Positions 39,149 through 49,749 of a DNA stretch of 64,000 bases are shown here, piece by piece. The stretch spans positions 1 through 64,000 of the forward strand of contig JAEOTO010000008.1 in assembly GCA_016839805.1 (NCBI GenBank). The letters run 5' to 3'. Every line of letters starts with the position of its first letter. The stretch's first letter is position 1. The notes beneath the pieces were generated by a model. The model did no database searches and was not told the origin of the DNA. It was given only the letters and a program-made list of their open reading frames with translations. Made by a program: the position numbers and the translations under genes. Source of the stretch: Candidatus Hermodarchaeota archaeon (lineage in GTDB: Archaea; Asgardarchaeota; Hermodarchaeia; Hermodarchaeales; Hermodarchaeaceae).

Positions 39149-41020
39149 TTAAATTCGTTCTAATGGCGTTATTCCCAGTAAAGTGAGGGCATTTGAGAGA
39201 ACTTGCCGACAAAGATCCACAAGGAGTAAACGGGCCGCTTTGAGTTCCTCGGTTTCTGCTTTGAGTACGGGACAATGATTGTAAAAGGAATTGAAGGCTA
39301 TGCAGAGAGCGTGGGTGTATTCAGTGAGGTGGAAAAGCTCAATTCGTGTGCCCCAGATTTCTCGTTTTATTCCTTGAACGATTTCGAGGAGAACTTCTGG
39401 ATACCGACCGAGGAGCTTTATGAGTTCGCTTTCAAAGGGGTTAGTTAATTCGCTGATTCGTGCAGCGGTTGGTGCGGGTTCTTTGCGGAGAATAGAACTA
39501 GCGCGAGCGTGGGTATACATAAGATAGGGAGCTGTATTGCCATCAAAGTTGAGCATGTCATCCCATTTGAAAATTATTTGTTTTTCTACTGCTACTTTGA
39601 GAAGGGAGTATCTGACTGCAGCAGACCCAATGGCATCTGCTACATGCCGGAGGAAGCTCGAATCAGCTTCGGGGTTTCGTTTTTTCACTTCTTTCCGGGC
39701 ACGGCGTGTGGCTTCGCGGATAACAGCATCAGTACTGAATCCAATCCATGTTCCTTTTCTTCCTGAGAATCGTGCATCTGGGAGGGTTACAAATTCATAA
39801 GCAAGATGATAGTAATTTGCTGAGGCATCCTCATATCCCAAGGTCTTCAGAGTCAGATAGACTGTGCGTTGAGGTTGACTTTGAGGCATTCCAATTACAT
39901 TAAAAATTATGTCAGCAGGATGGTAATGGCCCGTCTCTCCTTTTTTCGCGGTTGTCCAAATGGCCTTTTCGTTGGTTTTGGGGCTTTTGAATGGCTTGTA
40001 TTTGAATGGATCTTTGATGATACCGAATTTCCAAAAATGAAATGCGATATCTTTTCCAGTATATGTGGCGACTCCATCGGAGCGGACTAACACTTTTTCG
40101 GTATCTTTCAAATGTTGAAATTCTTCGTATGCGCCGAGGTCAACGATAACGCATCCAGCTTTATTACCTTTGGTTGGTCGTAACGTGGTTGGAGCTTCTA
40201 ACATTTTCTCCAAGGCTTGGGCAAAAAGGCCAGAATGTGCGATATCACTTTCCCAAACTAAAAGATCATGATGTACATTTAGCCGATCATGGGTTTTATG
40301 ATGGGCTCGAAGCACGCGTTGAGTCATCTTTTGGACTTCTGAAGCCACCTCGTTATTCCCCCGTTCCATGAGTTTCAAGTATTTACGAACCTGAGTTTCA
40401 TCATATTTTTCCTGGGCATCAACATAAAGGCGACCGATGACTTGGTCATACTTCCCTTTGTATTTTAGCGCATCTAAGTGTTTCAGGGCCCAATAAGCTA
40501 CGGCGATTTGTAATCCCAAATCATTGATGTAATCCATTCGTGTAACATCATAACCGACGTTTTTCATTAACCGTGCAACTGTATCACCCAAGACAGCGTT
40601 TCGGGCATGACCAATATGTAACGGATTATTCGGATTCACGGCAGGATATTCGACTACGACATGTTTTCCCGCAAACATTGTAGATTTTCCATATGACTCA
40701 CCACTTGCTTGAATTGCATCAAAGACAGCGCGGCGATATGGGATGATGTTAATGTAGAAGTTCACATAAGGACCCTGAGCAACTACCTGTTCAATGAGAG
40801 GAAACTTAACAGGATCAAACACCGCCAGCTCTTGCGCTATCTTCGGAGGGCTTTTCTTCAACTCTTGTGCTAAATGGAAGGCAGCAGTACAAGCGAGATC
40901 TCCATGAAGTTGATCAGCTGGTCGCTCTAGATAGTGACTTAGGTCTCTGCCACTGGAAAGGCTGAGTGCTTCTATAACTTGTTTTTTAAACTCTGTCCAG
41001 GGGTTTGAATTAATCACCAT
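39149..41020 (-). CDS. argS: Arginine--tRNA ligase
   Basis: NPNNPLHIGHARNA, RSDG..TY, FSGRKG, FDGNTAPY.MYTHAR, FY..CPVL, LGI.PLERI. Confidence 0.97.
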   Translation of the reverse strand: MVINSNPWTEFKKQVIEALSLSSGRDLSHYLERPADQLHGDLACTAAFHLAQELKKSPPKIAQELAVFDPVKFPLIEQVVAQGPYVNFYINIIPYRRAVFDAIQASGESYGKSTMFAGKHVVVEYPAVNPNNPLHIGHARNAVLGDTVARLMKNVGYDVTRMDYINDLGLQIAVAYWALKHLDALKYKGKYDQVIGRLYVDAQEKYDETQVRKYLKLMERGNNEVASEVQKMTQRVLRAHHKTHDRLNVHHDLLVWESDIAHSGLFAQALEKMLEAPTTLRPTKGNKAGCVIVDLGAYEEFQHLKDTEKVLVRSDGVATYTGKDIAFHFWKFGIIKDPFKYKPFKSPKTNEKAIWTTAKKGETGHYHPADIIFNVIGMPQSQPQRTVYLTLKTLGYEDASANYYHLAYEFVTLPDARFSGRKGTWIGFSTDAVIREATRRARKEVKKRNPEADSSFLRHVADAIGSAAVRYSLLKVAVEKQIIFKWDDMLNFDGNTAPYLMYTHARASSILRKEPAPTAARISELTNPFESELIKLLGRYPEVLLEIVQGIKREIWGTRIELFHLTEYTHALCIAFNSFYNHCPVLKAETEELKAARLLLVDLCRQVLSNALTLLGITPLERI

Positions 41021-41153
41021 TATCCGAATCCTGTTCAGTGTAGGTGGAGACCGCTTTTTTCTCTTTCGTCTTTCGGATTTTACCCTGTTTCATTTGAGAA
41101 GATGAACGAAATGGTTAAACGGAGGTGTACAATAAATCGGGTGCATTTAAAGT

Positions 41154-41229
41154 GGGCCCGTGGCCAAGTGGATACGGCGACAGGCTTCGGACCTGTAGAT
41201 CCGGGGTTCAAATCCCTGCGGGCCCGCCA
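41154..41229 (+). tRNA. tRNA-Arg(UCG), intronless, CCA encoded
   Basis: Acceptor GGGCCCG/CGGGCCC; anticodon arm ACAGG-CTTCGGA-CCTGT (TCG at 41187-41189); T-loop GTTCAAATC; ends GCCA. Confidence 0.96.
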
Positions 41230-41349
41230 TTTTTGTTTACTTAAACAGTGTTATGCTAGCTATGTTGATTTTTGCAGAGAACAGCTTATGCCTTTTGTAA
41301 CCTCCACTGATTACGGGGTATAAGCTTGTGGGTTTTGGGGGCATGGAGA

Positions 41350-42459
41350 TTACTTAACGGGTTTGAAGCGTGCTTTTAGTTTATTCAGTACGTTGGGTAA
41401 GGTGGTGTATTCCATTGAGGAGGGTGGTAGTCGATGTGGTTCGAAGGGTCCATGTCGTCGGAGGTAATCGGCGACGTACATGCATTGGTCGCGAGTAAGG
41501 TCCCAGGCGGGATCGTCAAAGACATCAATAGGTTCGGTGAGTTTGCCATCTTTCATGCTGAATGCAAGTCCGGTGACACGGGGTGGACCATCAAACCGGG
41601 TACATTGTGAGTAATGGAGTGGAACGGGCATGAGTGGACCGTTGTGGCTACCACGCATCCATCCCGTGACGAGATGTCCAAGGGCGAATCCTTCGAGGAT
41701 TTCACCTGTGGCGGGGAAACCACTTTGTGCTCGGACAATAGCGGCAGGGTCATCTTTTCCGATGTATTTACCCGCAACCGCATAGAGTTTTTCAGTGGAT
41801 ATCGCTGCTGCAATCCCTCGAGATTTGTCCTTGGAGTGCACGCGTTTGATGACATAATCTTCTGTAGCTCCAATTAGAGCTAAGAGGTCGTAGACTTCTG
41901 ATGGCGTGTCCATCGTGACCATCTTATCATTTTTGATGTCATACACTTCGAAAAGGAATCCGTCATGCAGCTTAGGGTCGATGATCAAACCCGCAGTGTT
42001 GAATGGGTCAGCAAAGACCCGGAAAATTGGGTAATTAAAGGCGCCCGGTGCTGTCTTATCAGCAGCAAATACGACGAAAGGATCAGCAGGACGTTCTTTA
42101 AATTCCATTTCCGCGACGCCAGGTCCCATTCCCCGGACATTTCCACTGAAGGCCTCCTTCAGGATATCTTGTCCGGCACCATAAAGTCCACGTTCCTTGG
42201 CGTTTTTAGTGCCGTCCATGAGTGCATCAAAAGCCAGTTTATGGATTTCTTCATCATCGACACCACGTGTGTGGGTCATTAATATCTCCGTGTCATCGCC
42301 GGCATTCCAAATCTTATAATCGATTATGAGTCCGGATTGATGAGCTTTGTCAATTCGTTGACATACAACGTCGGTAGTCACGTCGCAGGTGCGTACGTGT
42401 CCACCAATGCTCCCAATATCTGCTTTGATGAGGGTGATTGTAGTTTTCACTGCTGCCAC
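41350..42459 (-). CDS. fbp: Bifunctional fructose-1,6-bisphosphate aldolase/phosphatase
   Basis: IKADIGS.GGH, LYGAGQD, GNVRGMGPG, Y.GKDDP, MRGSHNGPLMP, HGPFEPHRL, EYTT. Confidence 0.97.
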   Translation of the reverse strand: MAAVKTTITLIKADIGSIGGHVRTCDVTTDVVCQRIDKAHQSGLIIDYKIWNAGDDTEILMTHTRGVDDEEIHKLAFDALMDGTKNAKERGLYGAGQDILKEAFSGNVRGMGPGVAEMEFKERPADPFVVFAADKTAPGAFNYPIFRVFADPFNTAGLIIDPKLHDGFLFEVYDIKNDKMVTMDTPSEVYDLLALIGATEDYVIKRVHSKDKSRGIAAAISTEKLYAVAGKYIGKDDPAAIVRAQSGFPATGEILEGFALGHLVTGWMRGSHNGPLMPVPLHYSQCTRFDGPPRVTGLAFSMKDGKLTEPIDVFDDPAWDLTRDQCMYVADYLRRHGPFEPHRLPPSSMEYTTLPNVLNKLKARFKPVK

Positions 42460-42578
42460 CTAGCATGGTGCTTTCGCGAGGTCTTGGTAGCCACTCAACT
42501 AATAATGTTGTGTTGCTGCCAACGGGAGTCAGATTATCTTATCACTATTAAATATATTCTCCCTGGTCAGAAAAACGT

Positions 42579-43160
42579 TCAATCTTCGCCCGAATTTTTG
42601 TGTAATTCTTCGAGGTATCGTCGGCTTAGTTCCACGTAGATTTTCCAATTTGACTCGAGTTCCATTAGATCATCCGCTGTCAATGAACGGACTACTTTAC
42701 CGGGTACACCCATAACCAAGTTTTTGGGTGGTATCTTCTTACCCGGTGTTATGACGCTTCCTGCACCAACAATGCAGTGATGACCAATGTGGACATCATT
42801 GAGAATTATCGCTCCGATTCCCACCATCACGTTGTCGTCGATGGTACAACCATGAGCTACTGAATTGTGACCCATGGTTACGCGATTGCCGATTTTTGTG
42901 GGGAATCGAACGTCACAATGAACCGTGCAATTATCTTGGATACTGGTGTCTGTGCCGATAGTAATTGCGTTGTAATCGGCGCGTACGGTGGCATGTTCCC
43001 ATACGCTGCTTCGTGCACCAATAGTGGCTTGGCCGATGATGGATGCACGTGGAGATATGTATGCGTCCTTGGCGATGACTGGTATATTTCCTTGGTAACT
43101 GAAAAGAGGCATGGTTTTCACTTTCTTCATGTTTGGAGATGGTTGGTAATTCATTCCCAA
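42579..43160 (-). CDS. Gamma-carbonic anhydrase family protein
   Basis: Hexapeptide repeats, IQDNCTVH, GHNSVAHGC, GVPGKVVR; real start may be MPLF at 43112. Confidence 0.92.
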   Translation of the reverse strand: MGMNYQPSPNMKKVKTMPLFSYQGNIPVIAKDAYISPRASIIGQATIGARSSVWEHATVRADYNAITIGTDTSIQDNCTVHCDVRFPTKIGNRVTMGHNSVAHGCTIDDNVMVGIGAIILNDVHIGHHCIVGAGSVITPGKKIPPKNLVMGVPGKVVRSLTADDLMELESNWKIYVELSRRYLEELHKNSGED

Positions 43161-43169
43161 AACTGTTAC

Positions 43170-43958
43170 TCATTCTCTGGTATTCATTGCAAGAATGGCA
43201 GCGCCTAGTGCGCCTGTGTATTGAGGTTCTTCAGGCACCCAGAGATTAGCATCGAGTTGTTTAGCCAGATAAAAACGGAACCCTGGATTGAGTGCTACGC
43301 CACCTGTGATAGCAATAGGTTTCTTGACTCCTACTCGATGAGATAAGGTAGCAATTTTTGCAGCCATAGCCTTGTGTACACCCGCAGCAATATTCGCGGG
43401 TTTGTCACCAGCTCCAATTCGACCAATAACTTCGCTTTCGGCAAAAACCGTGCATGTACTACTGATGATGGATGGCGCTTTAGCTTGCAAAGCAAGAGTT
43501 CCTATGTCTTCAATAGAGGTTTCCAGTACTTGAGCCATAACTTCTAAAAATCGCCCGGTACCCGCGCTGCATTTATCATTTAATTCGAAGTCCGTGGGGC
43601 GTCCTTCGGAGCCGATTCGAATGACCTTGGAATCTTGTCCTCCTACATCAATAAGAGTTCGGATCTCTGAGTTCTGAAAGTGAACGCCAATACTATGACA
43701 CGTAATTTCTGTTACTGATTTGGCAGCGTTGAGAGCTTGACGGCGTCCATAACCAGTACTTATCGTAGGTATGTTTGAAAGGTCTTGTTGGGATTGAACT
43801 TTTAACTCGTCTAGACATCGTTGCGCAGATTTTTTCGCAGATGCTCCCGTGGCTATTAAGAACTTGGCGATAATAGTCCCTTCGGTGTTAATGAGGATAG
43901 CCTTAGTGGTTGTTGACCCGATGTCGATTCCAATGCCATGGGAGGGTTGAGAGGACAC
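43170..43958 (-). CDS. 2-hydroxyacyl-CoA dehydratase activator (HgdC/BadFG ASKHA ATPase)
   Basis: GIDIGSTTTK, TGYGR, IDVGGQDSK, NDKCSAGTGRF, STCTVFAESE. Confidence 0.95.
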   Translation of the reverse strand: MSSQPSHGIGIDIGSTTTKAILINTEGTIIAKFLIATGASAKKSAQRCLDELKVQSQQDLSNIPTISTGYGRRQALNAAKSVTEITCHSIGVHFQNSEIRTLIDVGGQDSKVIRIGSEGRPTDFELNDKCSAGTGRFLEVMAQVLETSIEDIGTLALQAKAPSIISSTCTVFAESEVIGRIGAGDKPANIAAGVHKAMAAKIATLSHRVGVKKPIAITGGVALNPGFRFYLAKQLDANLWVPEEPQYTGALGAAILAMNTRE

Positions 43959-43969
43959 GCCATCACATC

Positions 43970-45199
43970 TTACACGATCATTTCTATGAGAGCTTCCATG
44001 CGGGTTTTGGCTTGAGCTTCATTATATTGTTGGCTATCGACCATATCACCTTCAATAATGACACCCGGGACTCCGGTTCGACGTGTGATTTCCTCTTTGG
44101 TTACCATTTGTCCGATGGAATAGCGTTTACAGGAGCGAACGGAGAAGAGGACAAAACCATCGAGGTCGTAATCCTTAATGAGTGAACACATCTTGTCAAT
44201 CTTGGCTGAGAGTCCTTTATTGAGATAGACGTTGCTGTAGACTTTTGCGATACTTTCTATTATTTCTCCACGAGGGATGGCCGCAGACCAAGCGTGAGTG
44301 TAAGAATCGGCGGGAAAAACAACGCCTTGTTTTGCGAGCGTGTTGAAGAAGTTGTAGATTGTGAACCAGGGTGGGATGTTATCCCAGAGTAGTCGTACCC
44401 GTTCTTCACGGATAGCTCCGATGCCTTGCTTGACTCGTTCTTCTACCTCTGCGAAAAAGGCCTGATAGAAGTTAATGGCCTGCTGGGTTCCACGTAGGGC
44501 AACAATAGGGGCCATTGAAAGAAAGCGATCCGCGCAGTTAAGGGGCGATGGTTTGTTCTTACAAGCCTCCAGTGCTTTTGTCCAAAGACTGACAGCATCA
44601 TTTGAAAGCTTAGCAACTTGGATGAGTTGTTTTTCATCGTATTCATGGTTAAAGTTTTGACTCATGAATTCGATTAACCCGTTGAGATTAGATTTTACAT
44701 AGGCTAGATGGTGAGACGGTTGTTCACCCTCGAGGGGTGGTGTATCAACGAGATACACTGGAGCACCAGTCATTTCAGATACGGCTTCATACCATGGAAG
44801 CACGGTTCCACAGATATTGTTGCAGGCGAGAAGTGCTTGAGGTTTGGGGAGTCCAGTAAGTGGGCTTTGCTCTGGTTGTTGAACAGAGCCAATGCTAGAC
44901 CGAGCATAAGAACAGAGTTCTTGGGAGAAACCAAGTTCTTCAGCAAACCCACAAAGAAGTGGTCCACATTTTTCTGATCCAACAATAGCACCATATTGTT
45001 CTGGATAAGCCGCAACAGTGTTGAAGGCAACCGGAATTTCAACAGGGAATCCGGATGTTACCCACACTAGACGTCCTTCTTGAGAGGCAGTCTTCGTACT
45101 TAAGATATGGAGGGTCATGGTTTCACGAAGAAGCTTACTGGTGTAGAGCTTTCGATAGGCTTTTTCTTTGGAAGGAGCTGGAGAAGTTTCTGGAGACAT
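43970..45199 (-). CDS. 2-hydroxyacyl-CoA dehydratase alpha-type subunit (HgdA/FldB family)
   Basis: YPEQY, LCSYAR, GLPKP, CNNICG, RSCK, EGDMVD; probable start MSPE. Confidence 0.9.
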   Translation of the reverse strand: MSPETSPAPSKEKAYRKLYTSKLLRETMTLHILSTKTASQEGRLVWVTSGFPVEIPVAFNTVAAYPEQYGAIVGSEKCGPLLCGFAEELGFSQELCSYARSSIGSVQQPEQSPLTGLPKPQALLACNNICGTVLPWYEAVSEMTGAPVYLVDTPPLEGEQPSHHLAYVKSNLNGLIEFMSQNFNHEYDEKQLIQVAKLSNDAVSLWTKALEACKNKPSPLNCADRFLSMAPIVALRGTQQAINFYQAFFAEVEERVKQGIGAIREERVRLLWDNIPPWFTIYNFFNTLAKQGVVFPADSYTHAWSAAIPRGEIIESIAKVYSNVYLNKGLSAKIDKMCSLIKDYDLDGFVLFSVRSCKRYSIGQMVTKEEITRRTGVPGVIIEGDMVDSQQYNEAQAKTRMEALIEMIV

Positions 45200-45215
45200 C
45201 TTTACACACCATTCC

Positions 45216-46439
45216 TTATCGTCTTGCACTCAAGGTTTCGAGAAAACTTTGTAGTCGTCCTTCGATACGAGCTTGATCAGAAAATTCAGGATCCAATGGT
45301 AAGCGAACAGTGAGCATCTTCTTTTTTCCTGCGAGCTTAAGCATATCAGGCACTTCAAACTGGTCTGGATCACAAAATGATTGTTCGCAAATAATTAATC
45401 CATCGATTGCGAATTGGTCAAAAACATGTTGTAGGAACTGCAGCCGATTGGGCAATCCTTCTTGAGTGGGTTCAGCAGGGGCCGAGAGAATGCTTTGGGC
45501 AAGTTCGTGAAAGGGATTCCCCTGAAGACTGGGTGATGAAGTAAAGACAGTTCGATAAGTAAAAGATAGAAGATCCAACACTATTTCAGCGGATTCGATA
45601 TCAGCGCTTGTTTTCGCGTTTTCAAATAGTACAGCAATTCCCTCTGGGTCAATCATTCCACCTACTACCATAATACGGGGGCCTTGCTTACTGAGCGGAA
45701 TTGAGAGGTCAGCTAAGTTGTTTTGTAGTATACCATATCGAAGTGCTTCAACTGAAGGAATGAGTTGCTCATTTCGCAATGCACTTTGTACTTGTATCAC
45801 GGTTTGTTCAATTAATTGAAGAGCTTGAGGACCAGGAGCAGTTAAAAATTGACGGATTAGTTTTGTATGTTCGGTGTATGGGAGACATTCAGGTTGGATG
45901 ATACGTGCTGCGGTAATAAATTGTGTAGCGGCACGAAATTCAGCAAGGAGTGCAACAGCTTCATTGTATTTTTTCATCGAAAATTTGTGACCTAATGATA
46001 CTTCTATATATTTGCTAAAGTTTTGAATCTCTTCAGTGAAGTAGGTTAAGGCCGTTTCGTCTCGTGCTACTGGGTAGGTGAGTCGAAGCACGGTATCTTC
46101 CGGAAATCGTGCCTGCCAAATATCTCCAAGATTTTGCAGTGAGTCACAAGTGCCACCTGGAAAGACTATTGCTGTTAGAGTAGGTAAGTGATTTTTGGCT
46201 CGTTGACTGAAAAGGTTTCGTGAATATGAGCAGCAAAATGTTTGTAGACTGGCTTCGTAGGCTCCTGGGACTTTGGGTTCAGCCCATAGAAGTGTGGGGA
46301 TTAGTTGATGAGCAAAGAATAGTTCAAGAGGTGCATGCGGGTAAATATACCCAATAATGGGATTCTCTGCTGCAATGAGAGGTTGTAGATATTGGTGTCT
46401 TTCGGCAACAAGGGTATCATAACTAAGAGAAGCGCTCAT
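45216..46439 (-). CDS. 2-hydroxyacyl-CoA dehydratase beta-type subunit (HgdB/FldC/BzdN family)
   Basis: PLEL, FCCSY, TCDSLQ, SFCDP, RLQSFLE. Confidence 0.85.
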   Translation of the reverse strand: MSASLSYDTLVAERHQYLQPLIAAENPIIGYIYPHAPLELFFAHQLIPTLLWAEPKVPGAYEASLQTFCCSYSRNLFSQRAKNHLPTLTAIVFPGGTCDSLQNLGDIWQARFPEDTVLRLTYPVARDETALTYFTEEIQNFSKYIEVSLGHKFSMKKYNEAVALLAEFRAATQFITAARIIQPECLPYTEHTKLIRQFLTAPGPQALQLIEQTVIQVQSALRNEQLIPSVEALRYGILQNNLADLSIPLSKQGPRIMVVGGMIDPEGIAVLFENAKTSADIESAEIVLDLLSFTYRTVFTSSPSLQGNPFHELAQSILSAPAEPTQEGLPNRLQFLQHVFDQFAIDGLIICEQSFCDPDQFEVPDMLKLAGKKKMLTVRLPLDPEFSDQARIEGRLQSFLETLSARR

Positions 46440-46542
46440 TGGAACCCACCAAATCTTTGAGGTATCTATCGGCTTTTGCCTTAAGTCTTCGCACCTTTCA
46501 ATGAACTGGAAAGGTATTTTTTGTACGTACGAGATGTGGTGA

Positions 46543-49527
46543 CTAAAGGTTGCGAAGGAGAGTATTAACTTGAACCTGCCCTGCCCGTCGGGCTGGGAGA
46601 TAAGCCCCTGTTAATAATCCCAGGGTGACTAACCCTAATACTGAAAGCAAGAGACTGAGGGGATAGATGATTGTGAAAGGGACGATGAAAGGTTGAGGGA
46701 AGAGTCTGATTATAACAAACATGAGAATCCAGGAGAATGCGCTACCAACTATTAAGCTAAAGAGAAATGCGAACATAATAAGGCTTACAAACTCAGCAAG
46801 GACTATTACCGTGATATCGCGACGCGTCCCTCCAAGAGCACGCATGATGGCAAATTCTGTTTTCCGTTGTGATACGATAGTGCTTACAAAAACCGTGAGT
46901 GCAACAATACTTATTGCTAGAGATGCAAGGAATCCTACCGAAAGGAGGCTAATGATTCCTTGGGAAAACAGGTAACCTTCAGTGTAGACACTGGCTAGAT
47001 CAAATGTATACGGTGACCAAGTGGTATAAACGAAGTTTAGGGACTCTACAGCATTTTGAGCTGTTTCAATATCGGAAGATGGGTTAATATTAGCAAGGAA
47101 AAACTGGGTTGAATCCACAGAGGCATAAGGCCAGCGAGAAGGAATTTCTACGAGCATATAATGTTGATGACACAAAGCAAAGGAATCGTCCATTTGGAAC
47201 CCGAACCCAGGATTTGGTGACACCGAAGCATGGGGATCGGATGGATTCGCGTAACCTAACCCGGGAGCCGTTCGAATAATTCCGACAATATCGAAATTCT
47301 TTCCTTCGATTTCAAAGGTATATTGATCGTATACTCGAAGGTTGATGGTTTGACCAACTCTTTTATTATAACGTAAGGCGAGGTGCTCAGGTAAGATAAT
47401 TCCATTTGTGTTTGCATCTAATCGAGCAAGAACCGTTTGATAACTTTCACCTACCATGCTTGATTCGTCCCAGTTTCCTACCTGTGCATACGCTGAAGGG
47501 TCTACACCAAGAAGCCGAAATTCTGATTGTCCAACTTCTACAGGGACTTCGATAAAAGCTGTGGCGGTATTGATTGAGGGAAGTGAGGCGATTTGATTCA
47601 CTTGCGTGGCTGGAACCCGACTTGAGAAGACGCGGATGTCGCTGCCAACATAGTAGTGAATTTGTTGGTTAAGATGAGTGTGATAAGTTTGGGCTTCAAC
47701 AGCTGAAAAAATCGTAATTGAGAAGGTTAGAAGCAAAATCATCAGTAGTGGGACGACCCGAGTACGGCGTATTCTCACGCCATTAGCAAAAATTTGGCTT
47801 TTTTGACCAATGACTGGGGTAAATAATTTCGAAACGCCTGCCATACCTGGTCGAATAATTCGGGCAATAGCATCGGCGAGAAGTATCCAAAATCCAACGA
47901 CAAGAAGAAAGAAGAGGAGGGCGATTTCCACGGAGAAAGGTACAGACAGAACCACATAGAATAACGGCAAAGAAAGTAATATGATACCAACAGCATATGC
48001 TACTTGTAGTCGAGGACTTCTTTTCCAGCGAGAATTATTTTCACGGAGTTCTGAATACAGTTCCGATTTTAGAAAGGATCGTGTATTTATCATCGTGTAG
48101 ATTGCTGCGGGTAAAATACATACAAATCCTGCAATAGCCCACGTCACCAGGTTGATTGAGGTTAATTTAAGGTGATGCAGAAAGAGAATTAAATCAAAAA
48201 GTAGGAACGCGGAGGCCGAGGGAATCATACACCCGAGCAAAATGCCGAGAAAACCTCCAAATACTAGCCCAATGATAGCGAGAATGATGAATTCGTACAT
48301 GAGAATGGAATAGAGCTGTTGATAACTTGCTCCACGAGATCGTAAAATTGCCAATTCTACACGGCGATTCGAAAGAAAAAGTGACGTGGTAAAAGTTGTT
48401 AAAAGGATGGATAAGATAACCATGGGTAAAAGTATGATAATCATCGTTTGCCTTTCATAGAATGATGCTATGTAGTCTTGTAAAAAGAAGAGTTGATCAC
48501 GACCACCAATGATAACGTTGTGATGCAATTGTATGTCTGTAAATAAACGTTCTAAAATTGCAATTATTTCTTCCATTGGCACAAAATATAGAGGAGCCGC
48601 ATTAACTTCTACCAGTAATCGAGGAAACATAACTTGTAGCGATATTTGATCATAGATGTCAGCGCCAAGTGCATTATTGGAGATGATAATACTATCAAAC
48701 CAGCCGAAGACCGGTTCGTCCCCACGATAACTGCCCCAGTTGTTACGGATTTCTAATGGAAAAGCTTCAAAAATAGGCTCCAAACCAACTATAGCTTCAT
48801 AGATACCCGCAACTCGCAATCCGTTGATATCATAGCCATTGATAGAACCAATATTGTAGACCCCACGATAATTACGTGCAATCGACACATCAATAACGCT
48901 TCCCACCGAAACCTGTAATCCCATTACTCGATCCAAGTCATCAACCACCCGTTGACTCAGAAGAACAGACCCCGGGGACACCCGAAATTGCCCTTCAATT
49001 ATTCGAAACGATCGCTCAGCACGTTCAAGAAAATCATTATCAGTGAAGATGACTTGGCAATCCTTAATACCTCTCAAATAGGGGTAAGGGAGATAAATAT
49101 CAGTGGGATCCCGCTGATTGGCTTCAATCAAGGCAAATGAACTATAAACAATATTAGACGCCTGGGTCGTTACCTGAGTATCCACGAAATCTTTAACCGG
49201 AAAAATTGTTCGCGGATTATCGTTAGGCGGATTCGCACGTTGTATGCAATAATAATGAAAGGGCATACTGGCAAAATAATCGTCGATGGCAACACGTGCC
49301 CCAGTTTCAGTCCACACAAAGACAGAGCTAACGAGAGCAACACCAATCATGATACCAATTAACAAACTAATAGAACGACGTTTATGACGACGAATTCCAT
49401 GGGAAACATATCTAGCTACATAAAGGCGACTCCCCAAACCACTTTGTTGTGGTACTCTTCGGTGAATGTCTTCACTTGACTCCTCGCTATTGAGCAATTG
49501 ACCAGCCGTTCTGGATTCATTTACCAA
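46543..49527 (-). CDS. Large FtsX/MacB-type ABC permease (two FtsX units)
   Basis: RRVELAILRSRGAS and RKTEFAIMRALG motifs, two large extracytoplasmic domains, PARRAG...LR end. Confidence 0.9.
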   Translation of the reverse strand: MVNESRTAGQLLNSEESSEDIHRRVPQQSGLGSRLYVARYVSHGIRRHKRRSISLLIGIMIGVALVSSVFVWTETGARVAIDDYFASMPFHYYCIQRANPPNDNPRTIFPVKDFVDTQVTTQASNIVYSSFALIEANQRDPTDIYLPYPYLRGIKDCQVIFTDNDFLERAERSFRIIEGQFRVSPGSVLLSQRVVDDLDRVMGLQVSVGSVIDVSIARNYRGVYNIGSINGYDINGLRVAGIYEAIVGLEPIFEAFPLEIRNNWGSYRGDEPVFGWFDSIIISNNALGADIYDQISLQVMFPRLLVEVNAAPLYFVPMEEIIAILERLFTDIQLHHNVIIGGRDQLFFLQDYIASFYERQTMIIILLPMVILSILLTTFTTSLFLSNRRVELAILRSRGASYQQLYSILMYEFIILAIIGLVFGGFLGILLGCMIPSASAFLLFDLILFLHHLKLTSINLVTWAIAGFVCILPAAIYTMINTRSFLKSELYSELRENNSRWKRSPRLQVAYAVGIILLSLPLFYVVLSVPFSVEIALLFFLLVVGFWILLADAIARIIRPGMAGVSKLFTPVIGQKSQIFANGVRIRRTRVVPLLMILLLTFSITIFSAVEAQTYHTHLNQQIHYYVGSDIRVFSSRVPATQVNQIASLPSINTATAFIEVPVEVGQSEFRLLGVDPSAYAQVGNWDESSMVGESYQTVLARLDANTNGIILPEHLALRYNKRVGQTINLRVYDQYTFEIEGKNFDIVGIIRTAPGLGYANPSDPHASVSPNPGFGFQMDDSFALCHQHYMLVEIPSRWPYASVDSTQFFLANINPSSDIETAQNAVESLNFVYTTWSPYTFDLASVYTEGYLFSQGIISLLSVGFLASLAISIVALTVFVSTIVSQRKTEFAIMRALGGTRRDITVIVLAEFVSLIMFAFLFSLIVGSAFSWILMFVIIRLFPQPFIVPFTIIYPLSLLLSVLGLVTLGLLTGAYLPARRAGQVQVNTLLRNL

Positions 49528-49749
49528 TAACTTCTGTGCTCCTTTCTAGCTACCTAGGTGTTATTTGATAACATGGTTTGATGTAGTTGGGTTCTTTAAT
49601 CTGATGCAAAACTACATCGTCTAACTGAACGACAAAGCTTGAAACCTCTAAAATATTTTGGAAAAGACAAAAAAAATCTTAGCAACAGTGTTTGTCTCTA
49701 ACCAAAACGTCCTTAAGAAGATCAGTCTAAATGCGGTTGAGGGTTCTTA

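Noticed and set aside
41102-41323. 73-aa ORF
   Set aside because: Spans the tRNA gene; spurious
41154-41350. tRNA-Arg as integration site of a mobile element
   Set aside because: No integrase nearby, no duplicate of the tRNA 3' end noticed, and flanks are core genes (argS, fbp)
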